Assembly: GCA_002372175.1 (NCBI GenBank)
Contig: DFIS01000080.1
Location: 1 to 39,664, forward strand
Length of the DNA: 39,664 nucleotides
Reading direction: 5' to 3'
Source of the DNA: Solobacterium sp. UBA3691
Lineage (GTDB): Bacteria > Bacillota_I > Bacilli_A > Erysipelotrichales > Erysipelotrichaceae
Shown here in pieces: positions 9,266-17,650 of this stretch; the stretch's first letter is position 1; every line of letters begins with the position of its first letter. A program made the translations under genes and the position numbers. The notes beneath the pieces were generated by a model, which worked only from the letters and a program-made list of their open reading frames with translations, ran no database searches and was not told the DNA's origin.

Positions 9266-10207
9266 CTATCCTTCAAAAATATCGGTCAAATGCTCATCCA
9301 AAAAGTTTTCTAGAGCAGCATTTACCAATCTCAGACACTTCAAATCCAAATCATTTTTAAACGCTATCAGCTGTATCGGTCTATTTGCATGAAACAGTGT
9401 GCACCGAAGGTAATATGACAGTTCACCGACGATAAATCCCTCTACGGTGATATCCTTTTTGACATGCTTTTCTATATAATGACTGATGATCTTATATGTT
9501 TTGGTTTCACTGTCCCGAATATCCTTCAGGAAGGTGTTTTCGCTGACTTCCTGCAGTGCCAAAAGCGGAGATTTTCCTAAGCTTTCTCGTTCTCTCTGTA
9601 TCAGCATTTCATTTCCAAGATGATATCGCCTTAAAATTCTCTCTATATTGGGTTTATCCTTATGTTTTTCAGCATCACGTCTGGATGAATAAAAACCATT
9701 AAATGCCATCCAAAGATTCTGAAACCGTTCTGTTTCATATGCTCTGCTTTTGCTGTACAAATATGCAGATAAAGCCGCGCTCTCACTTCCCTTTTCGGTT
9801 TTTGTTGCCGACATCGCTTTTTGAAGGAATTGAGTTTCCTTAACGTATTCCGGCAGGGGTCTCAACAATTTGGAATTGATCATCGAGTAAGGCATAAAGC
9901 TTGTATCGATAATCTCCTTACATTCATTCCCATCAATCACAGTTAATTCAAAGCATTGATTCTTGATAGGTGCTTCATATAGAAAAAGATGCAGGATCAT
10001 TGCACGCCTGATTCCTTCTCTCATGAGATTGATAAGATACTGATTATTTGTTTTTCTATAATCTTTACCAATCAAAGCACTGATCGTGTACTTATCCTTT
10101 GCTATCCGAACACTAATGTGATGGGTTCGCTGAAAAGAGAATTCAAACTTTTTAGCTCTTCTCAATTCATCATTACAGTTTACCTTTAACAAGTATTTCA
10201 GTTTCAT
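9266..10207 (-). CDS. Hypothetical protein with a C-terminal HEPN-like Rx4H motif (candidate RNase effector)
   Basis: 313-aa AT-rich ORF. The C-terminal helical half contains YYL-R-CTLF-H-ANRP (R268/H273, nt 9389-9406), which fits the HEPN Rx4-6H signature. An upstream helix ERFQNLWMAFNGFY resembles the first HEPN helix. The N-terminal ~130 aa are unrecognised. The functional call is tentative. Confidence 0.4.
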   Translation of the reverse strand: MKLKYLLKVNCNDELRRAKKFEFSFQRTHHISVRIAKDKYTISALIGKDYRKTNNQYLINLMREGIRRAMILHLFLYEAPIKNQCFELTVIDGNECKEIIDTSFMPYSMINSKLLRPLPEYVKETQFLQKAMSATKTEKGSESAALSAYLYSKSRAYETERFQNLWMAFNGFYSSRRDAEKHKDKPNIERILRRYHLGNEMLIQRERESLGKSPLLALQEVSENTFLKDIRDSETKTYKIISHYIEKHVKKDITVEGFIVGELSYYLRCTLFHANRPIQLIAFKNDLDLKCLRLVNAALENFLDEHLTDIFEG

Positions 10208-10277
10208 TCTTTTTCCTATTAACGTGACAGCCCTGAGGAACAGGGTGTTTTCACGTCTCTTATTGATCTGTTTTCAT

Positions 10278-10967
10278 TTACTTGTTTCGTGCACAAAGCA
10301 CATTTCTTTCTTTCAGCTGTGCAGTAATCTTTAAACAGCTTTTCTCTGCTTCTGAACTATTCTTTTCCGTCAGATATTTCTTCAATTTTTCCATCTCGTT
10401 CAGAAGATCATATTCATGCTGGATCGTCGCATCAGACGATACCGGATCACTATATTTAAACTCTTCTGTAAGATCCTGAAGTTTTTTCTTTAATGACCCA
10501 TCCTCACAAATACTAACTAATGCTGAACAGGCTGCCTGTAATGAACGCATGTTCGTAGTATCTTTCTTTATCTTTACTTCCTGTCGTTCTACTTCTTCTC
10601 TTGCTGCATCTGCTGCTACAGTACCTATAACAGCCAATGCTGCGGGCAGTATGTTGATCACGACAGCGATCCATGTCTTTATATATGGCGCAGCAATCAT
10701 CCCAATCAGACTGATCACCAACTGGGCAATCATATACATGACTCCTACACGTGCAATAGGAAAACCATAGAATTTACTTTTTGTTTCTGCTCCGTCAGCA
10801 AACGATATTTTCAGAACATACACCTGGAATACGATGGCAATTACACCAAACAGATATGAAATCCAGAAAACAGCATTTTTATTAAATGGAGCCGCAAACG
10901 CTATAACACTGAAGACGGCAAATATTACAGAAAGGATGATATACCGACGAAGTTCGTTTTTAGACAT
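10278..10967 (-). CDS. Hypothetical 4-TM membrane protein with a ~100-aa cytoplasmic helical tail
   Basis: 229-aa ORF with four clear hydrophobic helices followed by a charged helical C-terminus (…LQDLTEEFKYSDPVSS…). Its start lies 3 nt after the SPFH gene stop, which suggests tight coupling. Confidence 0.6.
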   Translation of the reverse strand: MSKNELRRYIILSVIFAVFSVIAFAAPFNKNAVFWISYLFGVIAIVFQVYVLKISFADGAETKSKFYGFPIARVGVMYMIAQLVISLIGMIAAPYIKTWIAVVINILPAALAVIGTVAADAAREEVERQEVKIKKDTTNMRSLQAACSALVSICEDGSLKKKLQDLTEEFKYSDPVSSDATIQHEYDLLNEMEKLKKYLTEKNSSEAEKSCLKITAQLKERNVLCARNK

Positions 10968-10969
10968 GT

Positions 10970-12820
10970 CTATTCACCTCTTCTCTTTCCGCATATATTG
11001 CAGAAGTTACCGATTATATTCTTGTTACCGCACGAGCAATCCCATGTTGCAGGAACCGACGGTTCCGGTCTCCTGGCTCCGCACATATTACAGAAATTGC
11101 CAATGATATTCTTATTGCCGCATGCACAGTCCCATGTATCCGGTTTAACAGGCTGCGGTCTTCTGGTTCCGCACATATTGCAGAAGTTACCGACGATATT
11201 CTTATTACCGCATGTACAGTCCCATGTATCTGCAACCGGCTGTGTACTTGTTGCAGGATTCGGTACTGCACCTGTCTGTGTCATGTTCATATTTTGGAAC
11301 ATACCGCCAATCTGCGGTGCAACTGCATTCATTGCAGCAAGTCCTACACCAAGACCAAGCATGTCACCCATAACATTGGAGCCCCCGCCTGCAGAGATTG
11401 CCGGTCCCATATTCCCGATTCCTTCAGCATATGCTTTCTGCACTTCAGCCTGCAGTACGTCCCTTTGAGAATATCCCTTGGCAGCCATAACCTCTGCTTC
11501 TGTTAAACCTGCCATTCTCTGTGCCTGCGCTTCCGCCTGGGCAGCAATGACTCTTCTTTCAGCTTCACGTCTGGCGATCTCCGTTTCAGTCGTCTGTCTC
11601 TGCAGTTCAGCTTCACGGCGTGCTGCTTCGATCGTCGCTCTGCTTTGTTCCTGCGCGGTTCTGTACTGAGTCTCTGCCTGTGCCTGTACAGTCTTTATCG
11701 TTGCATCTGCCTGCACAACTCTTGCCTGAAGGGTAATTGTATGCAGTTCTCTTATCCGTTTGAAATTCGGATCATTTTCCGGAAGCACCACACTTGTTAC
11801 ATATAACTGAGGGATGGTTAAACCATATTCTTCAAATCCCGGAAGAATCTTCTGTCTGAGATTTTCAGATATAAGATCCAGCTTCTCATCAATCTCCAAA
11901 AGATCAATATTCTCATTTTTAATTACTGAAGACAGATTGGTTTTTACAGCATTTGCGATTAATGGCCGGAAGGATGCCTGAAGTGATTTTGTCATACCTT
12001 CCCCACCGTCCCATGAAACTCCTTTTGTTGTTCCTACAAGCTTTACAAGCAGTTTCCTGGCATTAGATACCTGTAGATTCATTTCACCGGATGCTCCGAT
12101 CTCCAACGGTGTACCGGTCAATGGATCAATGAAGCGTACTTTTTCCGGTGTCCCCCACTTAATAGCCATCTGAACAGTCTTATTAATAAAATACACTTCA
12201 GAGTGGAAAGTCCTGTCTGTATCTGTAGGCAGCTGATAAATAGAATCCAAAATCGGAAGTTTCTGAGTTTCAAGTGTGTATCTGCCCGGTCCAAACAGAT
12301 CTAACGCCTGGCCATCTCTGAAAAAAACCGCTTCCTGACTTTCGTGCACGATCAACTGAGATCCCATATTGAAATCTTCTATAGGATGCTTCCAGATAAA
12401 AGTATTATTATCTCCTTCATATTTGATGATGCTTGCCAGACCGTCTTTTCTCATCTTTTCAGCCATCAGGCGTTCCGGAACATTATTCACAAAGTCACAA
12501 ACTGGACATGTATAGGAAGATGCCGCCTTGCTGGTGATCAGTTTCACACCACATTGGGCGCAGGAAAATTCTGCCATTTTATCTTGGCCTTCCATCGTAT
12601 TGATTGGTTCTCCGCAGACAGGACACTTCGCCTTTGCTCCTTTTGACTGATCAAAAACAACATCATTGCTGCAGTGAGGGCATTTTCTGCTTATAAGTTT
12701 ATCCATACGAACATTAATCGTGTAACCGCAGGAACAATCAATTTTCTTTCTTGCAAAGAACCCACTGCTTGCTTCTACATATTTGCCGCAGTTCGGACAC
12801 TCCATTACGAATTTAGACAT
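10970..12820 (-). CDS. SPFH/Band-7 family protein (YdjI / COG4260-like) with three N-terminal Zn-ribbons and three C-terminal RanBP2-like Zn fingers
   Basis: 616-aa ORF. N-terminal CxxC pairs: CPNCG...CSCG, CPHCS...CPVCG, CAQCG...CPVCD. The central region (IIKYEGDNNTFIWKHP...SQLIVHESQEAVFFRDGQ...) is typical of YdjI-type SPFH proteins and is followed by an A/Q/E-rich coiled coil. The C-terminus has 3x TWDC.CGNKNI.GNFCN.CG.RR. A GAGGGAG RBS precedes the start. Confidence 0.8.
   Translation of the reverse strand: MSKFVMECPNCGKYVEASSGFFARKKIDCSCGYTINVRMDKLISRKCPHCSNDVVFDQSKGAKAKCPVCGEPINTMEGQDKMAEFSCAQCGVKLITSKAASSYTCPVCDFVNNVPERLMAEKMRKDGLASIIKYEGDNNTFIWKHPIEDFNMGSQLIVHESQEAVFFRDGQALDLFGPGRYTLETQKLPILDSIYQLPTDTDRTFHSEVYFINKTVQMAIKWGTPEKVRFIDPLTGTPLEIGASGEMNLQVSNARKLLVKLVGTTKGVSWDGGEGMTKSLQASFRPLIANAVKTNLSSVIKNENIDLLEIDEKLDLISENLRQKILPGFEEYGLTIPQLYVTSVVLPENDPNFKRIRELHTITLQARVVQADATIKTVQAQAETQYRTAQEQSRATIEAARREAELQRQTTETEIARREAERRVIAAQAEAQAQRMAGLTEAEVMAAKGYSQRDVLQAEVQKAYAEGIGNMGPAISAGGGSNVMGDMLGLGVGLAAMNAVAPQIGGMFQNMNMTQTGAVPNPATSTQPVADTWDCTCGNKNIVGNFCNMCGTRRPQPVKPDTWDCACGNKNIIGNFCNMCGARRPEPSVPATWDCSCGNKNIIGNFCNICGKRRGE
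10973..11227 (-). repeat. Three tandem ~90-bp coding repeats (one Zn finger each)
   Basis: Repeat units lie at about 11138-11227, 11048-11137 and 10973-11047 (the last is truncated by the stop). The periodicity also shows in the antisense ORF 10998..11468 (LQKLP.IFLLPH.QSHV x3). Confidence 0.85.
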
Positions 12821-13014
12821 TATAATTCTCCCTCTTCAGTGCTTTTACTTATCTCCTGAATCACTTCATTAAAAACAGTCAGACTGTTCTTCTTGTTAAT
12901 TGGTATATCAAGAATTTTTGCGTCATGATCCATATTCATTTCTGCTGATAGCCTACAAATATATACCGATATTATTTTGCCGATTTTTTGCGATCTACCA
13001 CGATATATGAACAT
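12820..13014 (-). CDS. Possible small ORF (39-64 aa) translationally coupled to the SPFH gene
   Basis: Its stop TAA overlaps the SPFH ATG (TAATG). I recognised no family and the start is uncertain (an internal MNMDHDAK... start is possible). It could be spurious. Confidence 0.25.
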   Translation of the reverse strand: MFIYRGRSQKIGKIISVYICRLSAEMNMDHDAKILDIPINKKNSLTVFNEVIQEISKSTEEGEL

Positions 13015-13152
13015 TGATCTTTTGACTTTGTTATTACAGCAAGTTCGCTCTGTCCTGCCTTACTTCCGTAAATCTCAAATACATTGCTATGTGATTATGG
13101 GATCGACGCTTTGCAACATTTCCCGGGCTTCGCTGGATTTCTGATTTTAGGA

Positions 13153-15738
13153 TTAGTCGATTTTCACCCATAAAGCGGGGCGGACCGTGTTACTGTCATC
13201 ATCCACGGAGTCGCCGATCACATCGACAAGAACAGAGATCTTAGCAGCAAACCCGGAATCGCTGCCGGGCGACCGCAGCCACCAGGAACACATTCCTTTG
13301 TCATTTGTATAAGCTCCATTCTTTTTTGCGTATGGCGTTGCTTTAGCACTTCTATTTTCATCGGATTTGAAATATTTGTTTACTTCAGGCACAGATAAGA
13401 GAAATATCTTATCCTGTGTATTCTTACCAGGGTCTGCAGGATACTCAGGATTCTTATCCGCAGTTACTTTTGTCGTAAGAATCCGTGCTTTTTCCTGTCC
13501 ATTAAACACAGTATTATAGAACTCTTTATTCAACCATTTTCTTATCGAACATTTTTCCCATGTTATACTTTCGTATTCTTCGTTGTATGGCTTCGCATCA
13601 ATTCCATCTTCTGTAATCAGCAGTGCTCTGTCTTTTTTAACTTCAAGTATTCGCCATTTAATTGGTTTCTTCTGAGAATCATATTGATAAGTGCCAAACC
13701 CTTGACTTATTATTTGAGCTTTATTAATTAACGGGTTTATTGCATTTATAATCATTGCCTTTGCAGAGACAGTATTATTTTGATGTATGATTACTGCTTT
13801 CTTTTCCGGCTTTGGCTTTTGTACGGGTTTATCTGCTGGCTTGGTCACTGGTTTCGTTTCAATGAGTGTTTTTTTCAAAGCCGCAATATTATCCTCCAAC
13901 TCTTTTCTCTTTTTGCCGGAGAACAAACCTTTCAAATTCTTTTTTTCAGATTCTAATTTCTTTATTTTCTCTTCCAATTCACCTTTTTTCTTCTCTGCGG
14001 TTATACATGATTCTTCATAATCAATTTTGGATTGTTCCCATTTCTTTACAGCTAGATTATTATCGTTTTCCCATTGACTAATATCTCTCTGGTAAGAATC
14101 TTCAGCGTCTTTTTCCGCTTTCTTTCTTGCTGTTTCTTCCTCTATTTTTATTTTGGAAATCTGATCAGCATTTTTTTCTAAACGATCAGAAATATCTCTT
14201 TTAAACAATTCTGACTGTTCAGCCAATAATTTTTCTGCATTTTTTCTCTTTTCTAATTCTTTTGACATTTCAGATTTAAGAAGATCCCTGAGTTTGTCGA
14301 TCACTTTGTTTATTTCTTTTTCAACATTTCCATCTTTGTATCTGCATGCGCGTTTGTAATCGCGGTTGTTAAGAAGTTTCCCAAGACCTTCAACTGATAA
14401 ATTTCTGAATGCCTCCCTATAGCACACAGGATCCTCTAGTGTAAATGTTATTTTTTCAGGATGTAAGCCAATCAGCAATTTATCCAGTTCCTGATCAGAG
14501 AATTCATCGAGGAAGTGCCGAGAATCTGCTTCCCTTGCATATGCATGCGCCTCAAATGGAAGCGTCTGAACCCATAAATGTTCTTGCGCGTGCTTTTTAA
14601 TCTGGTCAAATAATTTTTTTGCCAATTCTGCTGAGCAATTCGAATTATACACGCACAGTACTTTCCCCCAGTAAGCAGCGCCACATTCTGCATCATTGTT
14701 AAGAACCTGCTCATAAAACTCATTAGCTCTTGTAAAATCACCATCTTCAATTGCCATATTGCCACGTTTCAATAGTGACTGTGTCTGCGCGTTCAAAACT
14801 GACAGCCCGCTGTCAGTATTTTTTTCTTCTTTTTCCTTATTATCTTTTCTCAGAATTTTATCGATCCCTCTCAAAAGATCCTGCATTGCACCTACTTTTC
14901 CCATATCTTGTGCCTGCAGTCTTGCAAATTCCTTCGGCATATCATATGCATCCAGATTTTTATATACCGGGATCATTGTTTTCTTTTCTCCTGAAGCTAT
15001 AAGATGAAGATATCTACTCCATTCGTTCTTTACCCATACCGCATCAAAATATTCAAATTTTGTTCCAACGGCCAGCATCAGTTTGGCGGAATGAAGTGCC
15101 GCAAAGATATATGGTTCATATTCCGTGCCGAGTTTATCTTCTAACGTAATTCTGGAGAAGAATACCCGATATCCCTTTTCAGTTAAAGCATTATAAATAT
15201 CCTGTGCCAGAACACTGTCCAGTGTCCTTTCTCCGTTTTCATCGGTTTCTTTGTAGCAAATAAAGATATCATACGGCTGTTCATTGGAAGATACTTCTAT
15301 TATGCCTTTTCTCAGATCTTCAATTTTCTTAGCCTCGTCACGATATACACGCTTTGCAACTGCATCAGCATATTCCATGACCATCTCATAATTATTGTCA
15401 TCAAAAATACTTTCAAACGAGGATCTGTGGCAGGTAGGCACTTTCTTTCCGGTTAGCGGATCATCAACATACTCTATTCCATACTTGCAAAGAACCAGTC
15501 CCCAGTATGCTTCTGCTTCTTCCTGAAATTCAGAAATGATAGCTTCATATACACCGGCAGCTTTGTCGAATTCATTATTAAAACGAAGTCTGTTTGCCCG
15601 TGTAAACAAATTCATCTTTTTTTCATTATCCGCATTTGGAATTGTCTGCAAAGTTCCGCAGAATTCACATTCACATACTGTACTGCCTTCTATCGGTGTA
15701 AGATCTCCACCGCACATTTTACATTTCAGAGCCACCAT
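13153..15738 (-). CDS. Soluble TIR-domain protein, paralogue of 6554..9184: Zn-ribbon, TPR-like region, TIR, TPR, long K/E-rich coiled coil, P/K linker, DUF6273-like C-terminal domain; no TM helix
   Basis: 861-aa ORF with a GGAGGG RBS. The first ~290 aa are collinear and gap-free with the other TIR protein (about 60% identity by eye). TIR block: YDIFICYKETDENGE...AVWVKNEWSRYL, nt ~14869-15273, Glu codon at 15022-15024. The C-terminus has the CSWWLRSPG and RPALWV motifs. Confidence 0.8.
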   Translation of the reverse strand: MVALKCKMCGGDLTPIEGSTVCECEFCGTLQTIPNADNEKKMNLFTRANRLRFNNEFDKAAGVYEAIISEFQEEAEAYWGLVLCKYGIEYVDDPLTGKKVPTCHRSSFESIFDDNNYEMVMEYADAVAKRVYRDEAKKIEDLRKGIIEVSSNEQPYDIFICYKETDENGERTLDSVLAQDIYNALTEKGYRVFFSRITLEDKLGTEYEPYIFAALHSAKLMLAVGTKFEYFDAVWVKNEWSRYLHLIASGEKKTMIPVYKNLDAYDMPKEFARLQAQDMGKVGAMQDLLRGIDKILRKDNKEKEEKNTDSGLSVLNAQTQSLLKRGNMAIEDGDFTRANEFYEQVLNNDAECGAAYWGKVLCVYNSNCSAELAKKLFDQIKKHAQEHLWVQTLPFEAHAYAREADSRHFLDEFSDQELDKLLIGLHPEKITFTLEDPVCYREAFRNLSVEGLGKLLNNRDYKRACRYKDGNVEKEINKVIDKLRDLLKSEMSKELEKRKNAEKLLAEQSELFKRDISDRLEKNADQISKIKIEEETARKKAEKDAEDSYQRDISQWENDNNLAVKKWEQSKIDYEESCITAEKKKGELEEKIKKLESEKKNLKGLFSGKKRKELEDNIAALKKTLIETKPVTKPADKPVQKPKPEKKAVIIHQNNTVSAKAMIINAINPLINKAQIISQGFGTYQYDSQKKPIKWRILEVKKDRALLITEDGIDAKPYNEEYESITWEKCSIRKWLNKEFYNTVFNGQEKARILTTKVTADKNPEYPADPGKNTQDKIFLLSVPEVNKYFKSDENRSAKATPYAKKNGAYTNDKGMCSWWLRSPGSDSGFAAKISVLVDVIGDSVDDDSNTVRPALWVKID

Positions 15739-15905
15739 GATGATCCCTCCATTTCCCCTTATAATTGATTAAGATTATCTATTTATCGCAATTCGCTCAA
15801 TCTGGACTAAAACGTGTACTTTTTTGCTTGGTAATATGTCTAAATCAAATTTTAACATATACCGCTCTTTATGCGCATAACAATAAGGTACTTAGAAGCT
15901 AATAC

Positions 15906-16597
<692 letters not shown>

Positions 16598-16627
16598 TCA
16601 TCCATGTTTTCTGCGCATGCATATATG

Positions 16628-16669
16628 AAAAAGTCACCTGTATGTAACCCTTGATTTGATACAGTTGAC
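16628..16669 (-). terminator. Rho-independent terminator of the citDEF/dehydrogenase operon
   Basis: On the minus strand, GTCAACTGTAT, a 15-nt loop and ATACAGGTGAC (10/11 pairing) are followed by TTTTT, 13 nt after the dehydrogenase stop. Confidence 0.65.
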
Positions 16670-16681
16670 TTTCTTTCTTTA

Positions 16682-17647
16682 TTATTTGTTTACAACGTTT
16701 ACCGGTTCACCCTGCAGGTAACCTTTGATGTTATCTACCGTCATGTCCATGATACGCTGTCTGGCTTCCTTTGCGCCCCAGGACATATGCGGTGTAATGA
16801 TGCAGTTCTTTGCGGTAAGCAGAGGATTATCACCCTTGATCGGCTCGGTGCTGGCGACGTCTACACCGGCTGCGGCGACCTTCCCTCTGTCCAGCGCATC
16901 CGCAAGATCCTGTTCAACGATCAGCGGTCCCCTGGAGTTATTCAGGATGATCACACCGTCCTTCATCTTTGCGATACTGTCCTTGTTGATGATCCCCTGT
17001 GTCTCCGGGAATAACGGACAGTGCAGGGCGATCACATCACTCTTTGTGAACAGTTCATCCAGTGTCACATAGTCTGCGATCTGTCTGCCTGCCTCATTCT
17101 CAAAGCTGTCATATGCCAGTACATGCATACCCAGTGCTTTGGCGATCTCACCGGTCCTTCTGCCGATGCGTCCGAAGCCGATGATGCCAAGTGTCTTGCC
17201 GGCCAGTTCGATCAGCGGATAATCCCAGTAACAGAAGTCGGGGCAGTTCTCCCACTTACCTTCCTTGACAGTTCTGTCATGGTGACCGATATGATGACAG
17301 ATCTCCAGCAGTAAGGCAATCGCAAACTGGGCTACGGAATCTGTACCGTATGTCGGTATATTGCATACCGGGATGCCCTTCTCTTTCGCATATGCGGTAT
17401 CGACAATGTTGTATCCGGTTGCCAGCACACTGATCATCCTGATCTGCGGACATGCGTCCAGTACATTCTTCGTGATCGGTGTCTTGTTGGTCAGTACGAC
17501 TTCTGCATCCCCGATGCGGCTGATGATCTCCTCTTCATCATGCAGAGGAGTTCTCTCATAGACTGTCAGTTCACCAAGTGCTTCTACACCTTCCCAGGAG
17601 AGATCTCCGGGATTCTCTGTATATCCGTCCAGTACTACGATCTTCAT
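16682..17647 (-). CDS. D-isomer-specific 2-hydroxyacid dehydrogenase (glycerate dehydrogenase/hydroxypyruvate reductase-like)
   Basis: 321-aa ORF with the NAD-binding motif GIIGFGRIGRRTG and a family-typical C-terminal region (NCIITPHMSWGAKEARQR). Confidence 0.85.
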   Translation of the reverse strand: MKIVVLDGYTENPGDLSWEGVEALGELTVYERTPLHDEEEIISRIGDAEVVLTNKTPITKNVLDACPQIRMISVLATGYNIVDTAYAKEKGIPVCNIPTYGTDSVAQFAIALLLEICHHIGHHDRTVKEGKWENCPDFCYWDYPLIELAGKTLGIIGFGRIGRRTGEIAKALGMHVLAYDSFENEAGRQIADYVTLDELFTKSDVIALHCPLFPETQGIINKDSIAKMKDGVIILNNSRGPLIVEQDLADALDRGKVAAAGVDVASTEPIKGDNPLLTAKNCIITPHMSWGAKEARQRIMDMTVDNIKGYLQGEPVNVVNK

Positions 17648-17650
17648 CTC

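Noticed and set aside
10228-10250. Small hairpin (ccctg-aggaa-caggg) between the 4-TM gene and the 313-aa gene
   Set aside because: The stem is only 5-6 bp, and the T-run is on the plus strand where no gene is transcribed. On the minus strand it lacks a U-tract, so it is not a convincing terminator.
10973-11227. Tandem ~90-bp repeats considered as a possible CRISPR-like or satellite array
   Set aside because: The units are contiguous with no unique spacers. They are in frame within a long ORF and encode a coherent Cys4 finger, so they are coding repeats.
10998-11468. 156-aa plus-strand ORF with a striking internal repeat (LQKLP.IFLLPH.QSHV x3)
   Set aside because: The periodicity is the antisense image of the three 90-bp Zn-finger coding repeats of the SPFH gene. 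It is not an independent repeat protein.
13787-14081. Plus-strand F/S-rich ORFs (77 and 71 aa) inside the 861-aa TIR gene
   Set aside because: They are the antisense of the K/E-rich coiled-coil coding region (AAG/GAA-rich sequence reads as TTC/CTT). This is a compositional artefact.
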